64,000 nt of DNA from Bdellovibrionales bacterium. Lineage in GTDB: Bacteria > Bdellovibrionota > Bdellovibrionia > Bdellovibrionales > JAMPXM01. Shown in pieces: positions 1 through 10,639 of this stretch. Every line of letters begins with the position of its first letter. The stretch's first letter is position 1. Where the stretch lies: NCBI GenBank assembly GCA_043739185.1, contig JAYUEN010000386.1:1-64000 (forward strand), written 5' to 3'. Both the position numbers and the translations under genes were made by a program. Below the pieces are notes generated by a model. It was given only the letters and a program-made list of their open reading frames with translations, was not told where the DNA came from and searched no databases.

Positions 1-53
1 TTAGTTACGACACCAAGAGTTTCTTGTGTTTGGTTGATCAAATTGCCTCCCAT
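1..53 (-). CDS. N-terminus of a gene truncated by the window edge (MGGNLINQTQETLGVVT...)
   Basis: ATG at 53 with GAGGAG RBS (63-68, minus) and an upstream sigma70-like promoter; frame open to the window edge. Confidence 0.55.
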   Translation of the reverse strand, partial: MGGNLINQTQETLGVVT

Positions 54-130
54 TTGGAAGATCTCCTCTTCTATTTTGGTTGGGGGATTTTAGGTCCCCT
101 TTTACAAATACTTGCCCCGGATCGCTGGCG

Positions 131-159
131 ACAATAATCCCGGAGACACCCCTTGTCAA
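131..159 (-). promoter_or_regulatory. sigma70-type promoter TTGACA-N17-TATTGT
   Basis: Perfect -35 at 159-154, 17-nt spacer, -10 at 136-131; points to the truncated gene. Confidence 0.6.
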
Positions 160-281
160 GGGTCAGTTGTTGAAGAATTCTGCAAGTTTTCAGCATGCAT
201 AGGCCTATAAATAGGTCACATATCAACGATGCCGTGGTTAAATATTGGGCATAAATTTTAAAAAATATCTGCATTAGATCA

Positions 282-309
282 TCAAGTTCTTAGTAGGGCC
301 TGCCGAAAG
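282..309 (+). promoter_or_regulatory. putative sigma28 (FliA) promoter TCAA-N16-GCCGAAAG
   Basis: Resembles TAAA-N15-GCCGATAA; lies 40 nt upstream of the GspG-like gene. Confidence 0.5.
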
Positions 310-348
310 TACAGTATCTGGTCAATAACACGCTATGGCGAGGCAAAA

Positions 349-819
349 GTGAATCAAATATTTGAGTCCCATTCTAAAGTCGCTGCCTCCAAAGTAACCA
401 AAAACTTCAAGACCACAGACCTGGCCGTGACCATGGCCCTCCTGGTTATCGTATTTTCGGTCTCAGGCGGCATTATGACTGAAGCCTTTCAAGATTCGGT
501 GGCCAATAAGGCCCAGGCCGAGACCGAGCATATTGCCATGCAAATGTTTGCTAAAAATGGAACAGAGCCTGTTTCTATGCGTGGACCGGCATCTGTTAGC
601 GAAGACGGTAGCTCCCTCATTTCTGAAGATCCGTGGGGGTTGCCCTACCATTACAAAATAATTAAGAATCAGAGTGGCGGCATGAAAGTACTAGTCGTTT
701 CGGCTGGTCCAAATAAGAAGCTCGAATCAAACCTGGATAAATTTGATACACAGGCTCAAGTCTTTGGTGGGGACGATATCGGTTTTGTTTATGATGGCTC
801 AAACAAAAAAACCGAGTAA
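349..819 (+). CDS. type II secretion GspG-like / pseudopilin-domain protein
   Basis: N-terminal hydrophobic helix; C-terminal DPWGxPY..Y, SAGPN and DDI motifs typical of the T2SS-G domain. Confidence 0.7.
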   Translation: MNQIFESHSKVAASKVTKNFKTTDLAVTMALLVIVFSVSGGIMTEAFQDSVANKAQAETEHIAMQMFAKNGTEPVSMRGPASVSEDGSSLISEDPWGLPYHYKIIKNQSGGMKVLVVSAGPNKKLESNLDKFDTQAQVFGGDDIGFVYDGSNKKTE

Positions 820-893
820 TTGCGAAAGCCCCTGTTAGGTTGCTTCCTTTGTCTAGTTTTATGCCAATTCCCTAGGAATATCGAACCCTCGTA

Positions 894-921
894 TTAAGCA
901 TCATTCGAAAGCCTCCGATCA
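894..921 (+). promoter_or_regulatory. putative sigma28 promoter TTAA-N16-TCCGATCA
   Basis: Motif similarity; upstream of the TPR lipoprotein gene. Confidence 0.35.
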
Positions 922-953
922 GAAAACAACGGAAGTGCGCAGGCACTCCCCTG

Positions 954-2876
954 ATGGAAAGGCCGCGAATGCCCCGCAAGAACGAATCTAAGCTATTTGT
1001 AACTTTTATGATTTTTCTGCTTTCAGGCTGTGCGACCACCCATGAGGTCGTAAATGCAGATCATAGTTCGGGAGCCATATTTCGTGAATCTGCGGCCGAT
1101 GTCTCAGATCGTTCACCGAAAACCATGTGGATCCCCGAAGATAAAAAAAGCGGCGCCGTGATTGATCAAAACTATTTGCGAAATCAAGCCGATTATCATT
1201 TTACGTTAGCCGATACTTATGGAGCGGAGGGAAATACCGCACGGGCCATTGAGGAGTACAAACAAGTTCTTGTTTACGATGCAAAGTCGGCCGTAGTTCG
1301 ACTGCGTTTGGCCGCCGAATACGTTAAGCAAGGTATGGTAAATGAAGCTATTGAACAGGGGAAAGTAGCCCTTGAGTTAGACCCCAAGTTGGCCGACGCC
1401 CATCTTTTATTAGGCGGTCTGTTTTCGGCCATGAAAATGTATGACGAAGCGCTCGGTTCATATCACGAAGTTTTAAAATTGAATCCTGAAAGTATTGAAG
1501 CGCCACTTTTCATTGGGGCCCTGCTGGCTGAATTGAAGCGTTACAATGAGTCGATTCAATATTTCGAAAAGCTTTCAAAAAATCCAAAAAATAAAAGCCC
1601 CCATTTGGCGCAATTCTATATTGGGCGCATCTTACTTGAGCAGGCCGGAGAGCAGCCGAATGAGAAGGTAGTGGCAAAAGTAGAGGCCATCTTCAAAAAG
1701 GCAATTGCGACCAAAGCGAATTTTGTTGACGCATATTTGGCCCTTGGTCAGCTCTATGAAAACAACGGAAAAAAAGACACGGCCATTACGCTTTATCGCA
1801 GTTATCAGGAAAAGAACGAACCGGATTCAAGCATTGCCGAAAATCTGGCCCGCATCTATTTAGAAGATGAAGAAATGGACAAGGCTTTTCGTCAATACGA
1901 AATTATGGAGTCTGCGGATGCCTCGAATCTAAATGTAAAAGTCAAAATTGCATTTATTTTGATTGAACAAAAAAAATACTCAGCTGCCATTGAAAAGTTA
2001 GAAGACATTTTGGGTCGCGCACCTTATTCCGACAAAATACGCTTTTATTTGGGCGCGGTTTACGAAGAAACCAAAGACTTTTCAAATGCCATTGCACAAT
2101 TTAAATTGATTCCGATTGCGAGCAGTTACTATGTAGAATCGGTAGTTCATACGGCTTATCTTTATAAGACAAAAAATGACTATCCACATGCGGTCGAGGC
2201 GGTACAACAAGGAATCAAGAACAAAGCAGATCAGCCCCAGCTCTACGCGCTTTATGCTTCGTTTTTAGATGATCAAAAAGAATACAAGCGTGCGGTGGAT
2301 ATGCTTTCGCAAGCCGTAGATAAATTTCCGAAACATGCTCAGCTCAATTTCTTTTTAGGATCGATGCAGGATCGGCTCGGAAAAACAGATGAAGTCATTT
2401 CAACAATGAAGAAGGTTTTAGAAATTGATAATAATCACATTCAGGCGCTTAATTATTTGGCGTATACCTATGCTGATCACAATTTAAATTTGGATGATGC
2501 TGAAAAGCTTGCAAAACATGCCATTGAATTGCAGCCAAACGATGGTTTTATCTTAGACACCCTCGGCTGGATTCAGTTCAAGGTCGGACGAACCTCTGAC
2601 GCGATTAAAACTCTTGAGGCAGCGTATAAAATGCAACCAACTGAAAGTGTCATTGCCGAACATCTTGGGGATGCATACTATAAGTATCAACTTCCCGAAA
2701 AAGCGAAGAAAATGTACCTTCGCGCTTCTGAAATAGAAGGTAATTTAGATGTTGCCAAAAAAATTAGGGCCAAGATTGTTTCAATTGATCAGCAAAATAC
2801 AAATCCCGGAAATCAAAGTGCCGTGGATCGCGCGCCGGCCTCAAGCAATGCGCCTGAAGAGAGTGCGAAGCACTAA
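954..2876 (+). CDS. tetratricopeptide-repeat lipoprotein
   Basis: Lipobox LSGC; many TPR repeats; C-terminal ALNYLAY..LDTLGW..EHLGDAY typical of the TPR gene found upstream of lolB. Confidence 0.9.
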   Translation: MERPRMPRKNESKLFVTFMIFLLSGCATTHEVVNADHSSGAIFRESAADVSDRSPKTMWIPEDKKSGAVIDQNYLRNQADYHFTLADTYGAEGNTARAIEEYKQVLVYDAKSAVVRLRLAAEYVKQGMVNEAIEQGKVALELDPKLADAHLLLGGLFSAMKMYDEALGSYHEVLKLNPESIEAPLFIGALLAELKRYNESIQYFEKLSKNPKNKSPHLAQFYIGRILLEQAGEQPNEKVVAKVEAIFKKAIATKANFVDAYLALGQLYENNGKKDTAITLYRSYQEKNEPDSSIAENLARIYLEDEEMDKAFRQYEIMESADASNLNVKVKIAFILIEQKKYSAAIEKLEDILGRAPYSDKIRFYLGAVYEETKDFSNAIAQFKLIPIASSYYVESVVHTAYLYKTKNDYPHAVEAVQQGIKNKADQPQLYALYASFLDDQKEYKRAVDMLSQAVDKFPKHAQLNFFLGSMQDRLGKTDEVISTMKKVLEIDNNHIQALNYLAYTYADHNLNLDDAEKLAKHAIELQPNDGFILDTLGWIQFKVGRTSDAIKTLEAAYKMQPTESVIAEHLGDAYYKYQLPEKAKKMYLRASEIEGNLDVAKKIRAKIVSIDQQNTNPGNQSAVDRAPASSNAPEESAKH

Positions 2877-3498
2877 TTTATTAAAGTCTCTTGCTTTGGT
2901 TTGGATTCTCTCAGCGTGTGCCTTTAATCAAACCAAAGAGAACGCTCTCGATCATTCAAAAAAGTCGATCCTTGCGTGGCAAGGTAAGGCACTTATCTTT
3001 GATAAAGTTAAAGACAAGAAAAACACAGTCTCACTCGAGGTTGTGTCTCGGCGTCCGAAAAATATGCGCATGGATATTAGCGCAATTCTCGGGGTTTATG
3101 TTGGTAGTTTTGTTTGGAATGAAAACCAAATGCAAATTTTACTTGCTCGTGAGAAGAAGTTTATCGTCGGACCGGCAAATGTCGAATCTATGCAAGAAAT
3201 TTTAAAGCTGCAAATTGAACCGGTAGCGCTTTTCAATATATTTTGGGATGAACCACTTTCTGCTGCCGAATGGAACTGTGAACTAGATCAATTGAAGCGA
3301 ATGAAGTTGTGTCGTCACAGAACACTTGCAATTCAAATTGTCTGGCAAGAGAGAGACGGGCGGCATCGTTTGATTGAAATTGACTCTGCGAAGATAAATA
3401 CCCAGCTCAGTATCAATGAAATTGAAGAAGATACTGAAATCAAAGCGTCGACATTTCAGTTGAAATTACCTGAGGGGTTTAAGCTCATTAGGATTTAA
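2863..3498 (+). CDS. LolB/DUF4292-like outer-membrane lipoprotein
   Basis: Probable GTG start at 2863 (track ORF starts 2749); lipobox ILSAC; beta-rich; follows the TPR gene. Confidence 0.6.
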   Translation: MRSTNLLKSLALVWILSACAFNQTKENALDHSKKSILAWQGKALIFDKVKDKKNTVSLEVVSRRPKNMRMDISAILGVYVGSFVWNENQMQILLAREKKFIVGPANVESMQEILKLQIEPVALFNIFWDEPLSAAEWNCELDQLKRMKLCRHRTLAIQIVWQERDGRHRLIEIDSAKINTQLSINEIEEDTEIKASTFQLKLPEGFKLIRI

Positions 3499-3672
3499 GG
3501 GGATTTTTATTTAGAAATAAGGCTTCTTTTTTCATTCCATTTTCGCGGCAGCGGCAGCGGGATACTATATTTCAGTTTCAGAATCCGTTGTCAGACTTCA
3601 GTATGCCGGGGTCTAAAGTTTTGGCGCGACAAATTGAGTCGTGTGCAACTCGAGGCCAGGAGTTTAATGCTT

Positions 3673-3694
3673 TAAGTAATAAATCAATTACTTA
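3673..3694. promoter_or_regulatory. IHF-like site within a palindrome (TAAGTAAT-AAATCA-ATTACTTA)
   Basis: Contains WATCAA-N4-TTR (AATCAA TTAC TTA); upstream of the prkA operon. Confidence 0.45.
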
Positions 3695-3892
3695 TGCTTG
3701 GTTCTCAGCGCGGGACGTTTCGAGGCACTAGGCGTACCTAAGTCCTGAACCACATCATTGCGCGTGAATATTAAAAAGAACTTTACCCTTTCTCGCTTGA
3801 ATTGGGCATAATTTATAGAGGGCAATGCTCTCGGATTCATGACTAATTTGAATCATTGAAAATGACTTACACCAAAAGAAAAGGAGGGTGGA

Positions 3893-5983
3893 ATGGCAGC
3901 GAACTCCACCAACAATACTTTAGATTTTAATGCTCTCTTTAGAGATTGGCAGGGCAATCAACTCTACCGAGATCTTACTTGGTCAGGTACTTTCAATGAT
4001 TATCTCGCGCTTGTAAAAGCCAATCCGCGAGTGACGCGAAATGCTTTTCAGCGCGTATATGAAATGATAATTGAAAAAGGTACGACCGACTATACCGAAT
4101 TCAAAAAGAAAGTTGTCCGTTATAAATTTTTCGATGACGCTGACAATGATGGTAAAGATGCGGTATTTGGTCTCGACATTCCGCTCATGAAACTAGTCAA
4201 CGTCTTGCGATCAGCAGCACTTGGCTACGGCACTGAAAAACGCGTGATCTTGCTTCATGGTCCGGTAGGAAGTGCAAAATCAACTATCTGCCGAATACTA
4301 AAGAAAAATCTAGAAGCCTATTCAAAAACCGATCAAGGTGCACTCTATACATTTGAATGGGTAGATGAAAAAGGTGAGCTGGGTACAATACTGGGCAAAG
4401 ACTGCAAGGTATTTGTATCGCCAATGCATGAAGAACCTTTGCTTCTTATTCCGGAAGATTTGCGACCGAAAGTAATTGAAGAAATCAACCGCGGAAACAA
4501 ATCAGATTTTCGCATCAATATTGATGGCGAGCTGTCGCCGCCGAGCCGCTTTATCTTCAGAAACTTAATGGAGCACTATCGCGGAGATCTTGGAAAAGTG
4601 CTTTCGCACATTCGTGTTAAGCGCATGGTATTGAGCGAGGCAGATCGCATCGGTATCGGAACTTTTCAACCAAAAGATGAAAAAAACCAAGATTCAACTG
4701 AACTGACTGGGGATATCAACTATCGAAAAATTGCCGAATACGGTTCGGATTCAGATCCACGAGCTTTCAATTTTGACGGAGAATTCAATGTCGCCAACCG
4801 TGGTATGATTGAGTTTGTCGAAGTTTTGAAGCTTGATGTGGCATTTCTTTACGATTTACTTGGAGCCTCACAAGAGCACCGAGTAAAACCAAAAAAATTC
4901 GCACAAACTCATATTGACGAAGTGATCATTGGCCACACCAACGAGCCCGAATATCGTCGTCTTCAGGACAACGAGTTTATGGAAGCCCTTCGCGATCGTA
5001 CCGTTAAGATTGACATTCCCTATATCACCAAGTGGAAGCATGAAGTAAATATTTATAAAAAGGATTTCAATTCTCGAAAACTTCGCGGCATCAGCATTGC
5101 CCCTCATACAATTGAAATGGCGGCGATGTGGGCCGTCTTGACCAGACTCGAGAAACCTAAAAAAGCCAATCTCACGCGTCTTCAAAAAATGAAGTTATAT
5201 GATGGAAAGACCTTACCAAACTACACCGAAGACAATGTGAAAGAGCTTCGCAAAGAAGCTGCCCGTGAAGGGCTCGACGGAGTTTCCCCTCGGTATATTC
5301 AAGATAAACTATCAAATGCCTTGGTCGCGGCACAGCAGGGAAATCGCGGCTCCGTTAATCCATTTATGGTGATGAATGAGCTTGAAAGTGGTTTGCGCCA
5401 TCACTCTTTGATCGCGAACGAAGAACTCAAAGGGGACTATCGCGAATTGCTCGGCGTTGTAAAACAAGAGTATGAAGAAATCATCAAAGCAGAAGTGCAA
5501 CGTGCTATTAGCGCCGATGATTCAGCGCTTTCACGTCTTTGTGCAAACTATATCGATAATGTGAAGGCCTATATTTCGAAAGAGAAAGTTCGCAATCAAT
5601 TTACCGGACAAGATGAAGAGCCAGATGAGCGTCTGATGAGAGCGGTAGAAGAGAAAATCGAAATTCCTGAGTCACGCAAAGATGATTTCAGGCTTGAGAC
5701 CATGGGTTACATTGGTCGATTGGCAACCGAAAATAAGAAGTTCGACTTCAAGATGAACGAGCGCTTACACAAAGCTTTTGAGCTGAAGCTTTTTGAGGAT
5801 CAAAAGGACAGTATCAAACTCACTTCGTTGGTGAGCTCAACACTTGATAAAGATACGCAAGAGAAAATTGATATTGTTAAAACTCGTCTCATAAAAGATT
5901 TTGGCTACGATGAAATTTCTGCGACCGATGTACTTCAATATGTCGCAAGCATTTTTGCTCGTGGGGACGTGAAGAACAAATAG
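3893..5983 (+). CDS. prkA: PrkA/YeaG family AAA+ serine protein kinase
   Basis: Walker [24 protein letters not shown] and [11 protein letters not shown] motifs; AGGAGG RBS. Confidence 0.95.
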   Translation: MAANSTNNTLDFNALFRDWQGNQLYRDLTWSGTFNDYLALVKANPRVTRNAFQRVYEMIIEKGTTDYTEFKKKVVRYKFFDDADNDGKDAVFGLDIPLMKLVNVLRSAALGYGTEKRVILLHGPVGSAKSTICRILKKNLEAYSKTDQGALYTFEWVDEKGELGTILGKDCKVFVSPMHEEPLLLIPEDLRPKVIEEINRGNKSDFRINIDGELSPPSRFIFRNLMEHYRGDLGKVLSHIRVKRMVLSEADRIGIGTFQPKDEKNQDSTELTGDINYRKIAEYGSDSDPRAFNFDGEFNVANRGMIEFVEVLKLDVAFLYDLLGASQEHRVKPKKFAQTHIDEVIIGHTNEPEYRRLQDNEFMEALRDRTVKIDIPYITKWKHEVNIYKKDFNSRKLRGISIAPHTIEMAAMWAVLTRLEKPKKANLTRLQKMKLYDGKTLPNYTEDNVKELRKEAAREGLDGVSPRYIQDKLSNALVAAQQGNRGSVNPFMVMNELESGLRHHSLIANEELKGDYRELLGVVKQEYEEIIKAEVQRAISADDSALSRLCANYIDNVKAYISKEKVRNQFTGQDEEPDERLMRAVEEKIEIPESRKDDFRLETMGYIGRLATENKKFDFKMNERLHKAFELKLFEDQKDSIKLTSLVSSTLDKDTQEKIDIVKTRLIKDFGYDEISATDVLQYVASIFARGDVKNK

Positions 5984-5993
5984 AAGAGGCCAA

Positions 5994-7091
5994 ATGGCGA
6001 TTCGAGAAGATCACAATAGATTCAAAGACATTATTCGTGGGCGCATAAAAGAGAACTTTAAAAAATATGTGACCCACGGAGAAATGATTGGCAAAAGAGA
6101 AAAAGATTTTGTCAAAATTCCTGTGCCGTATATCGATACGCCAAGATTTAAATACGGCAGTAAACAGCAGGGTGGTGTCGGTCAAGGAAGCGGTCAGCCG
6201 GGCGAAGCGGTGGATGGTGAACCACAAGATGGGCACGGTCACGCCGGTGAAAATGCCGGACAACATCAACTTGAAGTAGATGTTTCGATGGATGAACTCG
6301 CGGATATTTTGGGCGAAGAGCTTGAATTACCTCGCATCATTCCGAAAGGACGTCCTAAGCAAGACGCCACAAAAAACAAATATACAGGTATTGCTCCGGT
6401 CGGCCCGGAAGGTTTGAAACACTTCAAAGCAAGTTATAAGCGTGCACTTCGAAGATATATGTCTTCGGGAATTTACAATCCCGAAAACCCCACAATTATT
6501 CCTGTAAAAGGGGACATGCGCTATCGATCCTTCAAAGTGAAAACCCAACCGCAGGCTCAGGCGGTGGTGATTTATATGATGGACGTTTCTGGATCTATGG
6601 GTGAAGAGCAAAAAGAAATCGTTCGGCTCGAAAGTTTTTGGATCAATACCTGGTTGAAAAAACATTATAAAGGGCTTGAAACGCGCTTTATCATTCATGA
6701 TGCCGCGGCCAAAGAGGTAGATGAAAAAACCTTTTTCTCAACCAGTGAGTCCGGTGGAACGCTCATCAGTTCTGCTTATAAACTTTGCCAAGAAATGATT
6801 GAAGCCGATTATCCCGTCAATGATTGGAATATCTATCCCTTTCACTTTTCAGATGGTGACAATTGGAGTGGCGAAGACACCCGCGTTTGTATGCGGATGT
6901 TAAAAGATTTCTTTATTCCCAATACCAATATGTTTGGTTACGGCCAAGTTGAGAGCAAATACGGGAGTGGACAATTTTTAAAAGACCTTGAGCGCGAATT
7001 TCCCAATGAAGAAAAACTAATTGTTAGTAAGATTGAAAGTCGTGACAAGATTTTGAACTCCATAAAAGATTTCTTAGGAAAAGGTAAGTAA
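5994..7091 (+). CDS. yeaH: YeaH/YhbH (DUF444) VWA-like protein
   Basis: MDVSGSM MIDAS-like motif, ESGGT, FSDGDNW; downstream of prkA. Confidence 0.92.
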   Translation: MAIREDHNRFKDIIRGRIKENFKKYVTHGEMIGKREKDFVKIPVPYIDTPRFKYGSKQQGGVGQGSGQPGEAVDGEPQDGHGHAGENAGQHQLEVDVSMDELADILGEELELPRIIPKGRPKQDATKNKYTGIAPVGPEGLKHFKASYKRALRRYMSSGIYNPENPTIIPVKGDMRYRSFKVKTQPQAQAVVIYMMDVSGSMGEEQKEIVRLESFWINTWLKKHYKGLETRFIIHDAAAKEVDEKTFFSTSESGGTLISSAYKLCQEMIEADYPVNDWNIYPFHFSDGDNWSGEDTRVCMRMLKDFFIPNTNMFGYGQVESKYGSGQFLKDLEREFPNEEKLIVSKIESRDKILNSIKDFLGKGK

Positions 7092-8599
7092 TGGCTAATC
7101 TGACGCCCGAACTTGAAGCCGAGCGCGTGCGCATTCTTAAAATTGCGCAAAGCTATGGCTTAGATTGCTTCGACACCATTTTCGAACTGATCACGTACGA
7201 TCAAATAAGCCAGTTCGCGAGCTACGGCGGTTTTCCCGTGCGTTATCCACATTGGCGTTTTGGAATGGAATATGAGCAACTTTCAAAAAGTTATGAATAT
7301 GGACTTTCGAAAATTTATGAAATGGTTGTGAATACGGATCCCTGCTATGCCTATCTTATGGAAGGCAATCGCATGGTAGATCAAAAACTAGTCATGGCCC
7401 ACGTTTATGGCCATTGCGATTTTTTCAAAAACAATCAGTGGTTTGCTCCCACCAATCGTAAAATGATGGATGTGATGGCGAATCACGCAACCCGCATTCG
7501 AAGATACATTGATCGCTACGGAATTGAAGAAGTCGAAGAATTCATTGATTGTTGCTTGAGTCTCGAAAATCTGATTGATCGCTATAGCCCTTACAAGAAA
7601 AAAGCGGGAACCGAAAAGCCAAAAAACGGAAAAAAAGAAGTATCACTCCTAAGAGTCGATCGTGAATATATGGATGAGTATATTAACCCACCTGATTTTG
7701 TGAAATCTCAGAAACAACGAATGGTGAAAGAAGAGATCAGGCAGCAAAAATTTCCGTCTTCTCCGGAGCGTGATATTTTGCAGTTCCTCATGTATACAGC
7801 TCCGCTTAAGTCTTGGCAGCAAGATGTGCTTTCAATCATAAGAGACGAAGCCTATTATTTTGCTCCACAAGGTATGACTAAAATTATGAATGAGGGTTGG
7901 GCGTCTTACTGGCACTCTCGCATGATGACCCAAAATATTATGAATGACAGCGAAGTCGTCGACTTTGCCGATGCCCACTCGGGCACAATGGCAATGGCAC
8001 CAAATGGTTTCAATCCTTATAAAGTCGGAATTGAACTCTATCGAGATATCGAAAATCGTTGGAACAAAGGCCATTTCGGCAAAGCCTGGAATGAATGCGA
8101 AGATGTTCAAGAGAGAAATCGTTGGGACAAGAAATTGAACTTAGGTCGTGAGAAAATTTTCGAAGTAAGACGCAATTACAATGACGTAACTTTTATTGAT
8201 GAGTTTTTGACCGAAGAATTTTGTGTACGAAATAAAATGTTCGTTTACAAATTTAATAAACGCACTGGGCGATATGAAGTAGATACTCGAGATTTCCCAA
8301 TGATCAAGAAGCAGTTTCTTTTTCAATTGACCAATTTCGGGCAGCCCATCATTCAGGTTGAAGATGCCAACTTTGAAAATCGAGGCGAGCTTCTCGTGAC
8401 GCATAAATTTGAAGGCGTCGAAATGCAGCCCGACTATATGCGTGAGACCTTAAAGAATCTGCAAAAAATTTGGTCTCGACCGGTCAACTTAGTAACCGTT
8501 TTGGATAATGTCCCCAAGCTTATTCACTTTGATGGCAAAGACTTTCAAGAGCAAACCATTGAAATGAAAACTCCGGGCACTCCAGCACCCAGCACTTAG
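7091..8599 (+). CDS. spoVR: SpoVR/YcgB family protein
   Basis: PVRYPHWRFG, MAHVYGHCDFFKNN and TKIMNEGWASYWH motifs; conserved prkA-yeaH-spoVR order. Confidence 0.95.
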   Translation: MANLTPELEAERVRILKIAQSYGLDCFDTIFELITYDQISQFASYGGFPVRYPHWRFGMEYEQLSKSYEYGLSKIYEMVVNTDPCYAYLMEGNRMVDQKLVMAHVYGHCDFFKNNQWFAPTNRKMMDVMANHATRIRRYIDRYGIEEVEEFIDCCLSLENLIDRYSPYKKKAGTEKPKNGKKEVSLLRVDREYMDEYINPPDFVKSQKQRMVKEEIRQQKFPSSPERDILQFLMYTAPLKSWQQDVLSIIRDEAYYFAPQGMTKIMNEGWASYWHSRMMTQNIMNDSEVVDFADAHSGTMAMAPNGFNPYKVGIELYRDIENRWNKGHFGKAWNECEDVQERNRWDKKLNLGREKIFEVRRNYNDVTFIDEFLTEEFCVRNKMFVYKFNKRTGRYEVDTRDFPMIKKQFLFQLTNFGQPIIQVEDANFENRGELLVTHKFEGVEMQPDYMRETLKNLQKIWSRPVNLVTVLDNVPKLIHFDGKDFQEQTIEMKTPGTPAPST

Positions 8600-8606
8600 G
8601 TAAAAA

Positions 8607-9374
8607 ATGCGAAAAATCTGGATCATCAAAGCCGGAAGTCAAATGGTCTGCGAAGGCGGACCCGTTTTGATTTTATCATGGATGAAACAAATTCAGCTCT
8701 TAAAAAGCCGCTTTGAAATTGATGTCATTTGGGTGACCTCTGGTGCAATCGCATCTGCCACCGAACGAACTAATTTTTCTAAGAAAAATCGCAGCGTCTC
8801 CCAAAAGCAGGCATTGAGTGCAATTGGTCAACCGCTGGTAATGGATTTATATAATCTCGCACTCAACCGCGTGGGTCTTCTCGGCGCGCAAGTTCTGCTA
8901 ACTGGTGGAGATATGAAGGATCGCGGTCGAAGAAAAAATCTACAAAATACACTTGGGCAATTGTTAAAATGGCAGGCCGTGCCTGTCTTAAATGAAAACG
9001 ATGCCGTCGCAACTGAAGAAATTCAATTTGGGGACAATGACTCATTATCGGCCCAAATTGCCATTATGATGAAAGCTCAAAAGCTCATCCTTTTAACAGA
9101 TGTTCATGGCCTTTATGATTCCGATCCGAAAATGAATAAGGGTGCGCGCTTAATCGAAGCAAAAGAGAGAATCACCGACCTCGATTTAAAAAAGCATCGG
9201 ACCTCAAAAAAATCAGAAAAGGGAACCGGTGGAATATACTCCAAACTGCTTGCCGCTCAACAGGCGCAAAAAGCAAAAGTACATACCCACTTGGTAAGGG
9301 GAGACGTGCATAACGTTTTACTTCAAATTGCTGAAAACGTTAACGTCGGTACTTTTTTTGGAAAGCAAAAATGA
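8607..9374 (+). CDS. proB: glutamate 5-kinase (short form lacking the PUA domain)
   Basis: IKAGS, VTSGAI, NENDAV and FGDNDSLSA motifs. Confidence 0.93.
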   Translation: MRKIWIIKAGSQMVCEGGPVLILSWMKQIQLLKSRFEIDVIWVTSGAIASATERTNFSKKNRSVSQKQALSAIGQPLVMDLYNLALNRVGLLGAQVLLTGGDMKDRGRRKNLQNTLGQLLKWQAVPVLNENDAVATEEIQFGDNDSLSAQIAIMMKAQKLILLTDVHGLYDSDPKMNKGARLIEAKERITDLDLKKHRTSKKSEKGTGGIYSKLLAAQQAQKAKVHTHLVRGDVHNVLLQIAENVNVGTFFGKQK

Positions 9375-10639
9375 AAGTGAAATTGGCGCCAGCTCTTGAA
9401 AAAGACCTAAAGGCGGTTAAGCAGGCCTGGGCGCAGTTGCGAGGGCTTAACTCTGACAAAAAAAATTCTGTACTGAATACTTTGGCCGAGCTCCTTGTAG
9501 CACAACAAAAACAAATACTGATTGCTAACAGGCGCGATTTGGAAGCCAATCGACATCAAAGTGCAGCTTATATTGATCGCTTAACGCTGACCGAGCCGAG
9601 ATTGAAAGAGATGGCTAGAAGCTTGAAAACGGTCGCAGAATTGGCAGACCCTGTTGGCGAGATCATCGAAGAAAAGATTTTAAGTAATGGCTTAAAGTTA
9701 AAAAAACTTCGCGCTCCACTCGGAGTTATCTTTATGATTTTTGAGTCCCGGCCCAATGTTGCGATTGAAGCCTTTAGCATGGCATTCAAATCAGGTAATG
9801 CCATTATTTTAAGAGGCGGCAAGGAATCAAAATTTAGCGTCGCTGAAATCTATCGGCTAATCGAAAAAGCGCTGCAATTAAATAAAGTGAACACCAAAAG
9901 TTTTCTAGGTATGACTAGTTATGATCGCGATTTGGTTAATCAGCTATTAAAGCAAAAAAATTATATTGATATTGTGGTCCCACGAGGTGGAGAAAAGCTA
10001 ATTGCTCATGTTCAATCTAAATCACTTATGCCCGTGATTAAAAACGATCGAGGCTTGTGCCATGCTTATATTCATGAAGATGCCGAACTTGAAATGGCAA
10101 AGAAAATCGTAGTCAATGCCAAGACATCACGTCCTAGTGTTTGCAATGCTCTTGAAAGTATTTTGATTCACCGAAAGCTAGCCGAGTCTTTTTTGCAAAA
10201 ACTCATTCCAGAGCTGAAGAATTTTGACATGAAATTTTTTGCCTGCAAAGACTCTTTTAAGATCCTAAAGAAACACAAACAAAATGTTATGCTCGCCAAA
10301 GAAGCGAATTTTAATACGGAATATCTTGATTATAAAGTGAATGTAAAAATTGTCAAAAACCTAGAAGAAGCACTTTTACACATTGAAAAATATGGCTCCA
10401 AACATTCTGAAACTATCATAACTGAATCTGAAAAAACCGCCCGCGAATTTCAATCCCAAGTCGATGCCGCTGTCGTCTATTGGAATGCATCAACGAGATT
10501 TACAGACGGCTTTGAAATGGGCTTAGGTGGTGAAATCGGCATCTCAACTCAAAAGCTACATGTGCGTGGTCCGGTAGGTTTAAAAGAGCTGACATCAGGT
10601 CGATGGGTCGTCGATGGTCACGGACAAATACGTCAGTGA
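9371..10639 (+). CDS. proA: gamma-glutamyl phosphate reductase
   Basis: ESRPNV, RPSVCNALE and NASTRFTDG..GISTQKLHVRGP motifs; ATGA overlap with proB. Confidence 0.96.
   Translation: MKVKLAPALEKDLKAVKQAWAQLRGLNSDKKNSVLNTLAELLVAQQKQILIANRRDLEANRHQSAAYIDRLTLTEPRLKEMARSLKTVAELADPVGEIIEEKILSNGLKLKKLRAPLGVIFMIFESRPNVAIEAFSMAFKSGNAIILRGGKESKFSVAEIYRLIEKALQLNKVNTKSFLGMTSYDRDLVNQLLKQKNYIDIVVPRGGEKLIAHVQSKSLMPVIKNDRGLCHAYIHEDAELEMAKKIVVNAKTSRPSVCNALESILIHRKLAESFLQKLIPELKNFDMKFFACKDSFKILKKHKQNVMLAKEANFNTEYLDYKVNVKIVKNLEEALLHIEKYGSKHSETIITESEKTAREFQSQVDAAVVYWNASTRFTDGFEMGLGGEIGISTQKLHVRGPVGLKELTSGRWVVDGHGQIRQ

Noticed and set aside
3620..3640. TGGCGCG...TTG sigma54-like motif upstream of prkA
   Set aside because: Spacing is off by one and there is no GC at -12.
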